Positions 39,635 through 49,973 of a stretch of 64,000 bases of DNA are shown piece after piece (the stretch's first letter is position 1; every line of letters starts with the position of its first letter). The DNA comes from Candidatus Marinacidobacterales bacterium (lineage in GTDB: Bacteria > Acidobacteriota > Vicinamibacteria > Marinacidobacterales > DATDRI01). The stretch spans positions 1,216,001 to 1,280,000 of the forward strand of contig OZ245365.1 of NCBI GenBank assembly GCA_965226495.1, written 5' to 3'. Below the pieces are notes generated by a model. That model saw nothing but the letters and a program-made list of their open reading frames with translations, made no database searches and had not been told where the DNA came from. A program made the translations under genes and the position numbers.

Positions 39635-41266
39635 CTACTTGCTCGATGGCGCCGGGGTCTTGGGCATGACCTGCATCGTGATGAATCCCTTACCCGTCGA
39701 GAAGTACACACGGCCGCCGTAGCCGGGCGTGATGAGCGAGCCGAAGGTCATCGGCTCGAAGAAGTCGGACTCGGCCAAGATCCGACCGGTGGCGGCGTCG
39801 CGCCAGACGACCTGCTCCTTGTAGTTGCCGGTGAACATGGCGTCCTGAATGGGTTCCAATTCCACATTGCGCTTCATGTTAGACACCACCAGGACCCGCT
39901 TGTCCTTCGGGCCGAACAGCGGCATGAAGGCGGTGGTCATGTCGTCCACCACGAAGACGGTTTCCATGTCCCCGGTGTCCGGGTCGAGCTTGATGCCCGC
40001 CAGCTTGCCGATGCCCATGTCCGCCGAGTAGATCATGTTGTTCTCGTGATCGGTCGTGGGCTTGGGCGGAGCGAAGCTCCACTCGCCGGGCTCTAGCGGC
40101 CCGAACGGGAAGATCACCTTCGTTCTCGTCGCGTCCTTCAGGTGCGCGGCGACGATGCTTGAGGCGACGGTCTCGCTGCCGAGGCCGTTGGTTTGCAGGA
40201 TCATCCACTCCCCCATCACCGCCGGCGCGTCGGCAGTGGACTGGCCCTTCTGCATCGGCTTGACGGCCCATGACGTGTCCTGGGAGAGCTTCTTCGCCGT
40301 CGGGTCCCAAAAGTAGCGCAGTGCCCCACTGTCCACGCCGACGTAGATCGCGATCCTGCCCTCGAACATCGTGATCGAGTGCGGCACGGTGGCCGGCTCC
40401 GGCAGCGAAAGGTGATCGAGGACTTCGAGCGTGTCGGGGTCGACGGCGACCAGATGCGACGGGGGCTGTTTGTGGCCCTCGAGCACGCCTTTGATGATGC
40501 CCATCGTGCCCTGGTAGCTGACGTCGTTGGGGAGGGTCTGGTTCTTCAGGATGAGCGTCCCGTCCGGCGCGATCGTCAGGTGCTTGAAGCCAGACTGAGA
40601 ACGCGGCGTGTCCCCGGACGGAAGGGAGTTCCGCTTGAGGATGAGGCCGGTGTCCGGATCGATCAGCGCGACGTTGTTCTCCCACGCGAAGGCGATCTTG
40701 CTGTTCGCCATGATGTTCAGGTTGATGGCGGAAAGCCAATTGCGCGAGGCGTTCGCGTTATCGAAGTAGGTGCGCCAGATCTCCTTGCCGGTGGTCGCGT
40801 CGGCCTTGGCGATAAACGGGCCCGGGGGCACCAGCCCCTTGAGCGGGGGATTGGCGCCGCCCCCGACGTAGAGCTCGCCGGGCTTGCGGTTGTTGATGTA
40901 GGCCGTGGCCTGGTAGTCGTCGGCGCTCCGCCAGGCGTATACCTGATTGGGACCGTCGAAGGAGCCGGTGAACGTCGCGCACGGGAAGACGCCGCTGCGC
41001 TCGCTGTCGGCGATTTCCGCACCGTTGAGCGACGAGTAGTAGCCGGGCGTCGGCAGCGCCTGGCTGCAGGCCAACTCCTGCTCGTAGAGACTGAGGTCGC
41101 CGGGCAGCGGGCCGTTCGCCGCGACCTCGTTCGGGGTCAGGCCGATCCGGTCGATGCGCTGCTCGATCTTCGGCTCAACGACCGTCCACAGCAGGCGGTA
41201 GGCGGCAACCGCAAGCAGAGCAACTAAAGCCAAGCCAGCCAGTTTCCAGTTCTTGGATCGACTCAC
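39635..41266 (-). CDS. Uncharacterised N-anchored protein, putative beta-propeller (paralog A)
   Basis: N-terminal hydrophobic segment; repeated D..TG....W strand motifs; colinear with 44194-45828. Confidence 0.75.
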   Translation of the reverse strand: MSRSKNWKLAGLALVALLAVAAYRLLWTVVEPKIEQRIDRIGLTPNEVAANGPLPGDLSLYEQELACSQALPTPGYYSSLNGAEIADSERSGVFPCATFTGSFDGPNQVYAWRSADDYQATAYINNRKPGELYVGGGANPPLKGLVPPGPFIAKADATTGKEIWRTYFDNANASRNWLSAINLNIMANSKIAFAWENNVALIDPDTGLILKRNSLPSGDTPRSQSGFKHLTIAPDGTLILKNQTLPNDVSYQGTMGIIKGVLEGHKQPPSHLVAVDPDTLEVLDHLSLPEPATVPHSITMFEGRIAIYVGVDSGALRYFWDPTAKKLSQDTSWAVKPMQKGQSTADAPAVMGEWMILQTNGLGSETVASSIVAAHLKDATRTKVIFPFGPLEPGEWSFAPPKPTTDHENNMIYSADMGIGKLAGIKLDPDTGDMETVFVVDDMTTAFMPLFGPKDKRVLVVSNMKRNVELEPIQDAMFTGNYKEQVVWRDAATGRILAESDFFEPMTFGSLITPGYGGRVYFSTGKGFITMQVMPKTPAPSSK

Positions 41267-41289
41267 GCTCCCCTTCTTTTTTCCAAAAG

Positions 41290-44181
41290 CTACTTGTTCA
41301 GCCCACTCGCCTCGAACTCAGCCTTGGTTGTGTACTCGCCGCGCGGGTAGTAGGCCCCCATCACGGCTTCTTCCGTTCCGGGCTTGGTTACGTTGTCGGG
41401 TCTCTCTGCCCAGCTCGGGTTGGTGGCCATGATGCGGAGCATCAACATGCCGAAGTCGGCGCGGTTCTTCGGGCCCCCAATTCCCTCGCCGCGGGGGCTC
41501 CATTCGATCCATGCCACGCCGTTTTCGAGCGTCGCGTTCTTCGGCCGGTCTTCACGGTGGCTGGACACGATCGTGTAGTTGCCGTCCTTGTCCAGTGGCA
41601 CCTGCATGTCGGTCAGGCTGTCCACGATGTGCCCGGACGGCGCGGCCTCGCAGCTGACGAGCGACCAGTACCGGGTCTGCGCCTCCGGCATCACCTCGAG
41701 ACCCCTGCCGCCCGCGCCGGCGTAGGTATTGGGGAAAGTCGGCATCTTGCCGCGCATCACGTAGACCGGGCCGAACTTGCGCGACAAGTTGATAAACAGG
41801 TACTGGGTCGTCGGATCCCCACCGCCGTCCATGGCAGCGTGATAGGGAATCGTGGCGCGCTCTTCCGCGGTCTTGAACGCGCCGACGATCGAGTACCGGA
41901 AGTTCCAGTACTTCTCCCACTTGGGAACTTTACGCGCGGGCGCGGTCGCCGGATCGAGCGCAGGATCGTTGTTCGGCGCGTGCACCAGCTTACTCCACTG
42001 CTCGGCGTTGACGGGCTGCTTGGTGGCCGCCATGGGTCGCCCGAACCGCTCGACCACTTCCGCCGCCGAGAGCTTTGTCCCGTCGGCCAGCGTTCCTTCA
42101 TAAGTCGGAAAACCGGTTTCGGCGGATGGCGATGACGCCGGGGCCCATCCCGCCCCGTCCCATCCCTGATCGGCGAGGTAGATGCGATTCACGAACTGAA
42201 GCTTTTCGCCTTTATCGCCTCCGTAAAGCGTGTTTCGCGCTCTCTGACTCGGATCGGCCGGGGGTTTCGCGGCTAGGATCCGCAGAGTGAATTCGCGCCG
42301 CTCGGCGAGCCGATTGGCGCCGACCCGGAACGGATTGGTGGAACCCGGATCCGGATCGATGTCCTTCCCGGCAACCGCTTCGCCGGTGGAAACGAACGTC
42401 TGACCGTTCCACGTGTAGAGCGCGAACTGGAAGTAGCGCGAGTGGGGATAAGTGTAGTGCAGCGTCAGGCTGGCGCCCGCCGGCATCGCCAGTTGGCCAA
42501 GAAAGTAGGTCGACTGTCCATCCGGCCAGAGATTCGGGTTCTGAATCGGCCTGGGGTACTCGAGGTGATTCCAGTAGACCCAGCCGCGCGGTCCGAAGAA
42601 CAGACCGTCGTGGCCGTATCGCGTGTCGGTGCGGACGATGTTTTCCACCGACTTGTCGCCGAAGCGTTTCACCCCGAGCGCGTTGAAGAACCGTACCGGC
42701 ACGATGGGCGGCGGGCTCCAACTTCCTTTGCCCAGTGGATACACAGACGGCGCGTCGGTCTTCGGCCAGTAGAGACGCATCACCACGAACATCGGACCAT
42801 CCGGCGCCGGCAGCCAGTTGGACTCCTTGTCCTTGCCCGGCGAGTCCTTCTGGATGTAGATGGAGAGCGAGCCGTCGGCGTTCTTCTTCAGCTCCGGAAG
42901 CATCGGCGAGTTGACGAGATAGCGGTTGATCGGGTTGTCAACCAGGAACTTGGTGTCATCGTGGTACATCGTGATGGACCAAAACGCGTTGACCGGAGGG
43001 AGATGTCCCGCGGGGAAGGTCATCTGGTAAGCATCCTTGCTGCCGTCGAGCGGGATGCCATTCGGGTCCTGCGTCGTGAAGGGATAGACGGCCTCGGCCT
43101 TGCTGTTGCCGTAGATGCCGAGCTTTGCAGCGGTAGCGCGGAGCGCCCAATTGCCGTTGTAGAACTCGCGGCTTCCTGCCGCCGAGCCGATCTGCCACCC
43201 GTTGACACGCGTGCCGATCGTCCCCGCGGTCTGCTCGATCTTCGCCAGGGCGGCTTTTGTTCCTGCCCCGAACGCCGCTTTCACTTCCGGCGAAGGCTCT
43301 TGGCCCCCGGCTGTCTTACCGTCGCCGATCCCGATCTTGGCGAATCGCTCGCGCAACGGCTTCTCCACCGCGGCGGTCCCCACTGGCGGGCAGAACTGCA
43401 GCAGAAAATCGAGATACTCGACCCAGCGCGTCGAGAACGCTTCCTTGGTGAACTTCGGCCAGTCGATCGCCGGCGCGGCGGGCGGCGCGGACTGGCCGAG
43501 AAACGCTGACAGCGGCTGCACCTTGTAGCCGGCCTGGATCTTCTTCACGTTGTCCATGTCGGCGGCGTTGAAGAGCTGCGTCCGATAGACGACAAGGGTG
43601 AGCTCAGTCTCGCTCCGGAAGACGTGGGCGATGCGGGCCGGCGTTGCCCCTTTCCAGTCCGGCCCCGCCACGAGGTAGCAACCGGCTCCGCTGCCGGTGG
43701 TGCGGCTGCCCATGTACCCGTAGTTGTTGGTGTACAGGTCCACGAGCTGTACATCGTAATAGCGCGCCTTGTCGATCTCAGGCATGCACAGCACGATTGG
43801 CTCGGCGCGCAGATCCAGTAGTAGCATGGAGTAAGGCGTGTCGCTGTTGGGTGTGCTGACGCCGGTGTCTTTGGGTGTGAACACGCGCGCCGCGTTCGAG
43901 ATCTGGTTGATCGGCGCCTTGAACTGTTTCGACGTAGGGTCGAGGAAGAAGCTGTGCATGACGCTGTAGCCGACGATCATGGGGAAACCGTAGAGGTAGG
44001 CTTCCTCCGCAATCGCCTGAAGCTCCTGCGTATCAGGTTTCTCCTGAGCCGCAGACGGTAGGGCTCCCACCGAGGCGACCAGCGCGATCGCGGTCGCTGC
44101 CCGTCTCAGCATCGTCCACTGTATGGGTCGTTCCTGTTTCATGGTCCTTCCTCCCAGCTCCCTCGTTTTGTTGGTCGACAT
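41290..44181 (-). CDS. DUF1254/DUF1214 protein fused to an extra uncharacterised C-terminal domain
   Basis: YLYGFP, TPNSDTPYS, DLRAEP, EAVYP, PPVNAFWSITMY, NWLPAP, MRLYWP; then about 465 further aa. Confidence 0.85.
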   Translation of the reverse strand: MSTNKTRELGGRTMKQERPIQWTMLRRAATAIALVASVGALPSAAQEKPDTQELQAIAEEAYLYGFPMIVGYSVMHSFFLDPTSKQFKAPINQISNAARVFTPKDTGVSTPNSDTPYSMLLLDLRAEPIVLCMPEIDKARYYDVQLVDLYTNNYGYMGSRTTGSGAGCYLVAGPDWKGATPARIAHVFRSETELTLVVYRTQLFNAADMDNVKKIQAGYKVQPLSAFLGQSAPPAAPAIDWPKFTKEAFSTRWVEYLDFLLQFCPPVGTAAVEKPLRERFAKIGIGDGKTAGGQEPSPEVKAAFGAGTKAALAKIEQTAGTIGTRVNGWQIGSAAGSREFYNGNWALRATAAKLGIYGNSKAEAVYPFTTQDPNGIPLDGSKDAYQMTFPAGHLPPVNAFWSITMYHDDTKFLVDNPINRYLVNSPMLPELKKNADGSLSIYIQKDSPGKDKESNWLPAPDGPMFVVMRLYWPKTDAPSVYPLGKGSWSPPPIVPVRFFNALGVKRFGDKSVENIVRTDTRYGHDGLFFGPRGWVYWNHLEYPRPIQNPNLWPDGQSTYFLGQLAMPAGASLTLHYTYPHSRYFQFALYTWNGQTFVSTGEAVAGKDIDPDPGSTNPFRVGANRLAERREFTLRILAAKPPADPSQRARNTLYGGDKGEKLQFVNRIYLADQGWDGAGWAPASSPSAETGFPTYEGTLADGTKLSAAEVVERFGRPMAATKQPVNAEQWSKLVHAPNNDPALDPATAPARKVPKWEKYWNFRYSIVGAFKTAEERATIPYHAAMDGGGDPTTQYLFINLSRKFGPVYVMRGKMPTFPNTYAGAGGRGLEVMPEAQTRYWSLVSCEAAPSGHIVDSLTDMQVPLDKDGNYTIVSSHREDRPKNATLENGVAWIEWSPRGEGIGGPKNRADFGMLMLRIMATNPSWAERPDNVTKPGTEEAVMGAYYPRGEYTTKAEFEASGLNK

Positions 44182-44193
44182 GAGGTTCTCCCG

Positions 44194-45828
44194 CTACTTG
44201 CCGGATGGCGATGCCTTGGGCATGACCTGCAACACATAAAACCGCTGTCCTACCGCCGTCGGGAAGTAGACCCGGCCGCCGAAGCCTGGAGGAGTAAGCG
44301 AGTTGAGGGTCAGCGGCTCGAAGAAATCCGACTCGGCGAGGATCCGCCCGGTGGCGGCGTCACGCCAGGTGAGCTGCTCCTTGTAGTTTTCGGTGAAGAT
44401 GGCGGCCATCAACGGCTCCCTGGCTACGTTGAACTTCACCTTGGTAAGCAGTAGCACCCGCCGATCTTTTGGACCGATCAAGGGCTGGAAGGTGCTGGTC
44501 ACGGCATCGACGACGAACTCCACGTTCATCTCGCCCGTGGCCTGATCGAGCTTGATGCCCGCCACCTTGCCCAGGCCCATGTCGGCCGAGTAGACCATGT
44601 CGTTCTCGGGATCGGCACCCGCCTTGGGCGGAGCAAAGCTGAACTCGCCGGGCTTCAGCTCGCCGAACGGGAAGATGGTCTTCACTTTCTTTGCGTCGTT
44701 CCGGTGGACGGCTGTGATGCTAGAAGCGACCGTCTTACTGCCGGCGCCATTCAGCTGAAACGCGATCCACTCGCCGATCACACTCGGCGCCGTAGCGGTT
44801 GTCTGGCCCTTCTCAATGGGGTAAACCACCCACGACTCGTCCGCCGAAAGCTTCTTGGTCGCCGGATCCCAAAAGTAGCGCCGCGCGCTGGTGTTCATGC
44901 CGATGTAGATAGCAATCCTGTCCCCGAAAGTCGTGACGATGTGCGGCGAAGAGGCCGGCTCCGGCAACTGAAGCTCGTCGAGGACTTCCAGCGAGTCAGG
45001 ATGAACCGCCACCAGTACCGAGTTGGGCTGCTTCATTCCCTCCTGCACGCACTTGATGAGCCCGAGGGTCCCCTGGACCTTGCACTCGGGCGGCCGCGTC
45101 TGATCCTTGAGGATGAGTGTGCGATCGGGCGCAATGGTCAAGTGCTTGAAGTTCGCAGCCACCACGGGCGCCTCTCCAGTGGGCAGCGTGTTGTGCCTCA
45201 GGATCTCGCCGGTCTCGGCATCGAGGAGCACGATTTGGTTCGACCAGGCGAAAGGGATCCTGCCGTTGTCGAGGATGTTGAGGTTGTTGTTTCCCATCAT
45301 CCAGCCGGAGGCGTTGGCGTTGTCGAGGTAGGTGCGCCAGATTTGCTCGCCAGTGGTCGCATTGGCCTTGGCGACGAACGGCCCCGCGGGCAGGGGAGCT
45401 TCCTGGGTCGGAAACTCACCGCCGACGATGTACAGCTCGCCAGGCTTGCGGTTGTTGATGTAGGAGATGCCGGGGTAGGTGTCGGCACTGCCCCACGCGA
45501 ACACCTGGTTTGGGCCGTCGTAGGAGCCGGTGTACGTGGCACAAGGGAACAGGCCGCTGCGCTCGCTGTCGGAAATCTCCGCACCGTTGAGCGAAGAGTA
45601 GTAGCCCGGCGTAGGGATCTTCTGCTGGCAGGCCAGCTCTCTCGCATAAAGGCTAACGTCCCCCGGTAGCGGGCCTTGGGCGGCCTTTTCGTTTGATGTC
45701 AGTCCTATCTCGGCGATGCGTCGCTCGACCCTCGGTTCGATGGCCGTCCGCAACAGTTCGTAAGCGGCGATCGCGACAAGAGCTACGAGCACTGCGCCTA
45801 TCAGTTTGAAAGCCGTCGATTTCGTCAT
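44194..45828 (-). CDS. Uncharacterised N-anchored protein, putative beta-propeller (paralog B)
   Basis: Shares PTPGYYSSLNGAEI.DSERSG.FPCAT and WRDAATGRILAESDFFEP with paralog A. Confidence 0.75.
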   Translation of the reverse strand: MTKSTAFKLIGAVLVALVAIAAYELLRTAIEPRVERRIAEIGLTSNEKAAQGPLPGDVSLYARELACQQKIPTPGYYSSLNGAEISDSERSGLFPCATYTGSYDGPNQVFAWGSADTYPGISYINNRKPGELYIVGGEFPTQEAPLPAGPFVAKANATTGEQIWRTYLDNANASGWMMGNNNLNILDNGRIPFAWSNQIVLLDAETGEILRHNTLPTGEAPVVAANFKHLTIAPDRTLILKDQTRPPECKVQGTLGLIKCVQEGMKQPNSVLVAVHPDSLEVLDELQLPEPASSPHIVTTFGDRIAIYIGMNTSARRYFWDPATKKLSADESWVVYPIEKGQTTATAPSVIGEWIAFQLNGAGSKTVASSITAVHRNDAKKVKTIFPFGELKPGEFSFAPPKAGADPENDMVYSADMGLGKVAGIKLDQATGEMNVEFVVDAVTSTFQPLIGPKDRRVLLLTKVKFNVAREPLMAAIFTENYKEQLTWRDAATGRILAESDFFEPLTLNSLTPPGFGGRVYFPTAVGQRFYVLQVMPKASPSGK

Positions 45829-45895
45829 TTCTCACATCCTATTGTCGTTATCGAGACACGGAAAGTAGACGAGTTTGATCTCTCACGTGGATATG

Positions 45896-46576
45896 CTAGC
45901 GAGTCGGCTCGCGAAAGCCCGAGTATTCGACCGCGACCTGCAAGTGCTTGGACGGCGCGGTGAGCGTGACATTGGCTGGGTAGGTCGTGCCATCGAGCAG
46001 CGATCCGAAATCGAACTGCAGCGTCATCGAGTTCTTTGGCTCGTCCAGATACGTGGCGACCGAGGCATTCGTGACAGTGTTTTTGGTCAGGTCCACGGTG
46101 AGGGTTAGGCTGTCTCCGGTGAGGATGTAGTCGTTGAACACGAGACCTACGGTGCGCCCGGGGTCGAGCAATTTGATCGAGATGGTTCCACGATCCACAC
46201 AACGCTGGATCAGTGTCGGGTCGGGCGGAACGTATTTGTGAAGCAACGCTACCGCGTCTTCGACGTAGTTCTGGAGCTTCTCGTTCTTGTCCTCGCCGGG
46301 AGGAAGAACCGGCACTTTTTGGACCTTGCCATCCAATCCGTAGTAGCACTTGTTCATGATCCGTGCTTTTTGCTTTCCTTTTTCGGTAACGGTGGTGGTT
46401 TCGACCCATTCCAACTTTTTGAGGGCCTCCGCGCTCGTCTGAAGCGTTTGCTTGACTGCCGCAACTCGCTCCTGTACGGCCGCGGGAACTTGTTGTGCTG
46501 AAATGGTTGAGGCAACCGAGAAGCCGAGATACACCGGCAGGAGATACAGTAGGAACTTACTTCGCTTGGAATTCAC
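45896..46576 (-). CDS. Secreted hypothetical protein (paralog 1)
   Basis: Signal peptide; C.YG.DGKVQK, KYVPP, GDSLTL, DGT.Y.A. Confidence 0.75.
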   Translation of the reverse strand: MNSKRSKFLLYLLPVYLGFSVASTISAQQVPAAVQERVAAVKQTLQTSAEALKKLEWVETTTVTEKGKQKARIMNKCYYGLDGKVQKVPVLPPGEDKNEKLQNYVEDAVALLHKYVPPDPTLIQRCVDRGTISIKLLDPGRTVGLVFNDYILTGDSLTLTVDLTKNTVTNASVATYLDEPKNSMTLQFDFGSLLDGTTYPANVTLTAPSKHLQVAVEYSGFREPTR

Positions 46577-46612
46577 TTTTTTTGTCCTTCCGTTTCGCGC
46601 GTGGCCCCGTCC

Positions 46613-47326
46613 CTACGGAGCCACCTTCTGGTAGTTGCTGTTCTCGATAGTAACCTCGAGTTTGCTTTCGGGAATCGTCATCACCGTCGATGCGGCGTAA
46701 TTCGTACCATCCGGTAGCGACTGGAAGCTCACCTGAAGCGTGACCTTGTTGTCGGCTTCGTCGAGCCAGGTGTCAACGCTGATCTGGCGCATCGACTTCG
46801 ACTCGACGTCAAGGGTGAGCGTCAGGGCGTCGCCGGTCTTCTCGTAGTCTGCGAATCGAAGGGCGGCGGCGCCGCCTCCGGGAGAGATCGTCACGTTGCC
46901 GGCGGCAATGACTGCCTGGAGCTTTTCCGGAGTGGGCGGGACATATTTCTGGACGAGGGCGGCGGAGGCCTCGAGCTCCTCCTTCATCTCGGCCGTCTTC
47001 TTTGCGATGATTTTCCCTCTGAGGCCGCGTTTCTTCTTCTGCTTCGGCGGATCGCTGAGCTCGGTCTTTTGCACCTTGCCATCCGGACCGTACCTGCAGG
47101 ATTCGATCTTGCTGTTTTTCACGTCACCCTTGACGCTGAGATCGGTCTTCTGAATCCACGAGTAGGCCTTGAGGGCCTGCTGGTTTCGCGCCGCCGCCTC
47201 TTTGGCTTCGGCCGCTTTCTGCTTGAGCTGATCGCTCATCGTTTGCATTGCGGCCGCCAGGCCGCCGAAAGCGATCAGGGATATCGACATAAGTGCCACA
47301 TACTTCAAGGGTCCCAAACGTTTCAT
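46613..47326 (-). CDS. Secreted hypothetical protein (paralog 2)
   Basis: Signal peptide; same motifs as paralog 1; RBS aaggag. Confidence 0.78.
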   Translation of the reverse strand: MKRLGPLKYVALMSISLIAFGGLAAAMQTMSDQLKQKAAEAKEAAARNQQALKAYSWIQKTDLSVKGDVKNSKIESCRYGPDGKVQKTELSDPPKQKKKRGLRGKIIAKKTAEMKEELEASAALVQKYVPPTPEKLQAVIAAGNVTISPGGGAAALRFADYEKTGDALTLTLDVESKSMRQISVDTWLDEADNKVTLQVSFQSLPDGTNYAASTVMTIPESKLEVTIENSNYQKVAP

Positions 47327-47458
47327 CTTCTTTCCTTTCTCCTTCAAATTGGAAGTGCTATTCCTCTCGCGTGATATTCGTGAGACGGACCATCGGCAGC
47401 CTAGCACTTCTCCAACACCTTCTTCACCATCTTCTCGACCTTCTTGAGCTCATTTCCT

Positions 47459-47785
47459 TCACTCCGGTCGCCGCGCCGCCCGAAGAATGGCTTCGCGCAA
47501 CACGACTCCGGGCTCTGCCTTGGGAATGTAGGCGACACCGGTGTCGAGCGCGCGCTCGCGGGTCTCCGCGGCGTCATGAGCGGTAATGAAGACAACCGGC
47601 ACTGGGGAGTCGGTTTTTCGAAGTTGTTCCTGGATATCGAAGCCGGACATGCCGCCGAGCTGAATATCCAAGATCAGACAGTCGAACGGCGGGCGGTGAA
47701 CGTCCCCGATAAAGGCTTCCGCAGAGGGGTAGGTGACGGCTCGCATATCCCACGCGCTCAGCAGGCGGCGGCTGTCATCGACCAT
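47459..47785 (-). pseudogene. FixJ-like stand-alone receiver domain with damaged N-terminus
   Basis: SAEAF, CLILDIQL.GMSG, PVVFITAHD; VDD is joined directly to RRLLS, so part of helix 1 is missing. Confidence 0.65.
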
Positions 47786-47964
47786 ATAACTGTCGTGAAG
47801 CTCATCGATCCCATCCAAGAAACGGTTCATAGGATACGCCGTTTTTCGGCACGGTACCTTCCTCAATACCGGGTTTTGGCGACGACTAACATATCAATTC
47901 TGCGCGCTCGATCCTTTTCGGATCGCGAGGTGGACGAAATCGGTTTCTGGACGTCTGGAGACCA

Positions 47965-48087
47965 CCGCATCTCGTGCTCGTGGACCTCACCGTGCGCGCC
48001 TATGACGAGGAAGAGAAGACGGGTGATTTTCTTGGCCGTCTCGTCCCCGGCAAGCAGGTGTAGGATCCCGTCGTGCCGCGGCGTAAG
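47965..48087 (-). pseudogene. Decayed LuxR/NarL HTH fragment
   Basis: LTPRHDGILHLLAGDETAKKIT.LLFL...EVHEHEM resembles LTPRQ.EIL.LLA.G.TAKEIA..L..S.RTVE.H. Confidence 0.5.
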
Positions 48088-48142
48088 AGGCGCGACCGGT
48101 CCTTCGATCACTTCATCGACCGTGTTACTTTTGGTTACTTGG

Positions 48143-49973
48143 GACGTGAGAAAAATTCGGATTGCGGGGAGATGGGGATGGTTGGTCCACAGTTCTGACG
48201 ATCACGGCGATCGGGCCGGCATCCCGCGGATTCACGCCGTTATCGGCGCTGGAGTTTCGATGATGCCTTCTGACACGCTGAAACTCGCCCGGCTGCGTGT
48301 GCACAATCGCCGGTCGGGTGGCGCTCACGCCGGCACGGGCTCCGATACCAAGTTCGGCCTCCATCGGAGGCGAATCCACTGCTGGATATCGTAGGTGAGG
48401 GCGGCCCAGAGAGATTCGGTGCGCACTTTGGCGATTCCGCGCACGCTAAACTGCCGCAGGCCGAACTTGGCTTTGATCCAAAGATTCGGAAACTCGGCCA
48501 CCTGCGAGCGTGTCTTATAGATGGCCTTGGCTTCGTCGGTCTGCATCTTCTGCCGGAATGCGGCTATCTCCGGCAAGGGTTCGAGCCTTTCGATCGACCG
48601 ACCGCTCGACGCGCGAGGACAGCAGAACTCCTTGACCGAGCACGTGTCGCAATCTTTCGCCGAGGCCTTGTATCGATAGCGCATCATGCCATCGCGTTCG
48701 AACTTTGCGTCGTAGCGTAAACGCTTGCCCTGCGGGCATACGTACGTGTTGCTCGCCTCATCGTGCACAAAGCTCGATGCTTCGAAAGCCGAAATAATGC
48801 CGTAGCGCTGATAGGACTTGCGCCGATTGGCCTCTGCCGACTTGCCCCGGGGCTCAGGGCCGACGAGGTCGATGCCGCGCTTCGCCATCTCCACGATGTT
48901 GTGGCTACTGATGTAGCCCCCATCTACGACCACCTGATCGGGCGTGCGCTGCAGCGTCTGTTCGATCCGTTCCATCGCCGGCGTCAGCTGCTGATAATCG
49001 CTGCCGGCCTGCGTGGCATCGATGTCGACAATCAAGCCGTGCGCGGCATCCGTTAAGATCTGGACGTTGTAGCTGGGCGCGGAACCGCCCTCGGCTTGCT
49101 TCATCACCCGCGCGTCGGGGTCGGTCGTGCTCACGCGCTCCATGCGGCTTTTCGCCGCTTTCAGCTTGTCGAATTCCTTCAACGCTGATTCTAGCCGCTG
49201 GCGTCTCTCACGCTTGGCGCGTTGCTGCGCTGCCTGCATCTGCCGGCTCGATTCCTCCTCCGTCTGTGCCTCGAGGGCCTCGACCGCCTCACGCGCCTGC
49301 TCCAGATACGCCTCGACTCGAGGCTTACGGCGAAATCTATTCGACGATGCGTTCGCGCGCACCTTCGTCCCATCCTGCATGACCCGCTCGAGTGGGATCA
49401 ATCCTTCCGCACTCAGCAGCCCTAACGTTTGCACAAACAACTCGTGCAAGGCGTCCGCATGCGCGACCCGAAAGTCCGACAGCGTGTGCGCACTGATGCC
49501 TTCCATCCCCGTCAGCCATTGATACCCCGGCTCATGCTCGCACAGTCGCTCAATCGCGCGGGCCGAACTCTCTCCCCGGCTGTAGCTGTAGACCCAAAGG
49601 CTCACCAGAAGCTGCGGGTCAAACGCAGGCCGGCCTGCGGCACCGGCGACCGAGCGGACCTGCTCCCTATAGCGACTAAGATCCAGCTGCCCCACGAACT
49701 CCCAGATCGCACGCGCTGGGTGATCCCTGGGGATCAACCGCTCCACGTCGACCGTGCAGCATCTGCGCGCGATCGACCACCTTCAACCGAGCCTCTCCCG
49801 CCCGCTCGCACTCATCGCCGTCACCACCATCGCCAGGCACGGGCAAGCCCGGCAACGACGCTTGCTTATCGCCCACGCTTACCCCACTTCCTCCTACGAT
49901 TCGTCACGTATCCCATGACCGCAATCTTGCAACATAGCTGCAACGTGAGTAAAGCCCAATTTTTTCTCACGTC
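48143..49973 (-). mobile_element. IS1182-family insertion sequence (about 1.83 kb)
   Basis: Terminal IR gacgtgagaaaaa / tttttctcacgtc; flanking 5-bp direct repeat CTTGG at 48138-48142 and 49974-49978. Confidence 0.85.
48325..49876 (-). CDS. IS1182-family DDE transposase with apparent frameshift near the N-terminus
   Basis: H.AR.IW..V, GRPA.DP, S.R.IE, DGTKVRANAS, S.TDPDAR.M, YNVQ, DGGY, CP.G, Y..R...AE; first about 40 codons lie in another frame (shift near 49757). Confidence 0.85.

Noticed and set aside
47406-47445. Imperfect 12-bp-period cttct repeats upstream of the secreted pair
   Set aside because: Low-complexity pyrimidine tract; too weak to call a binding site
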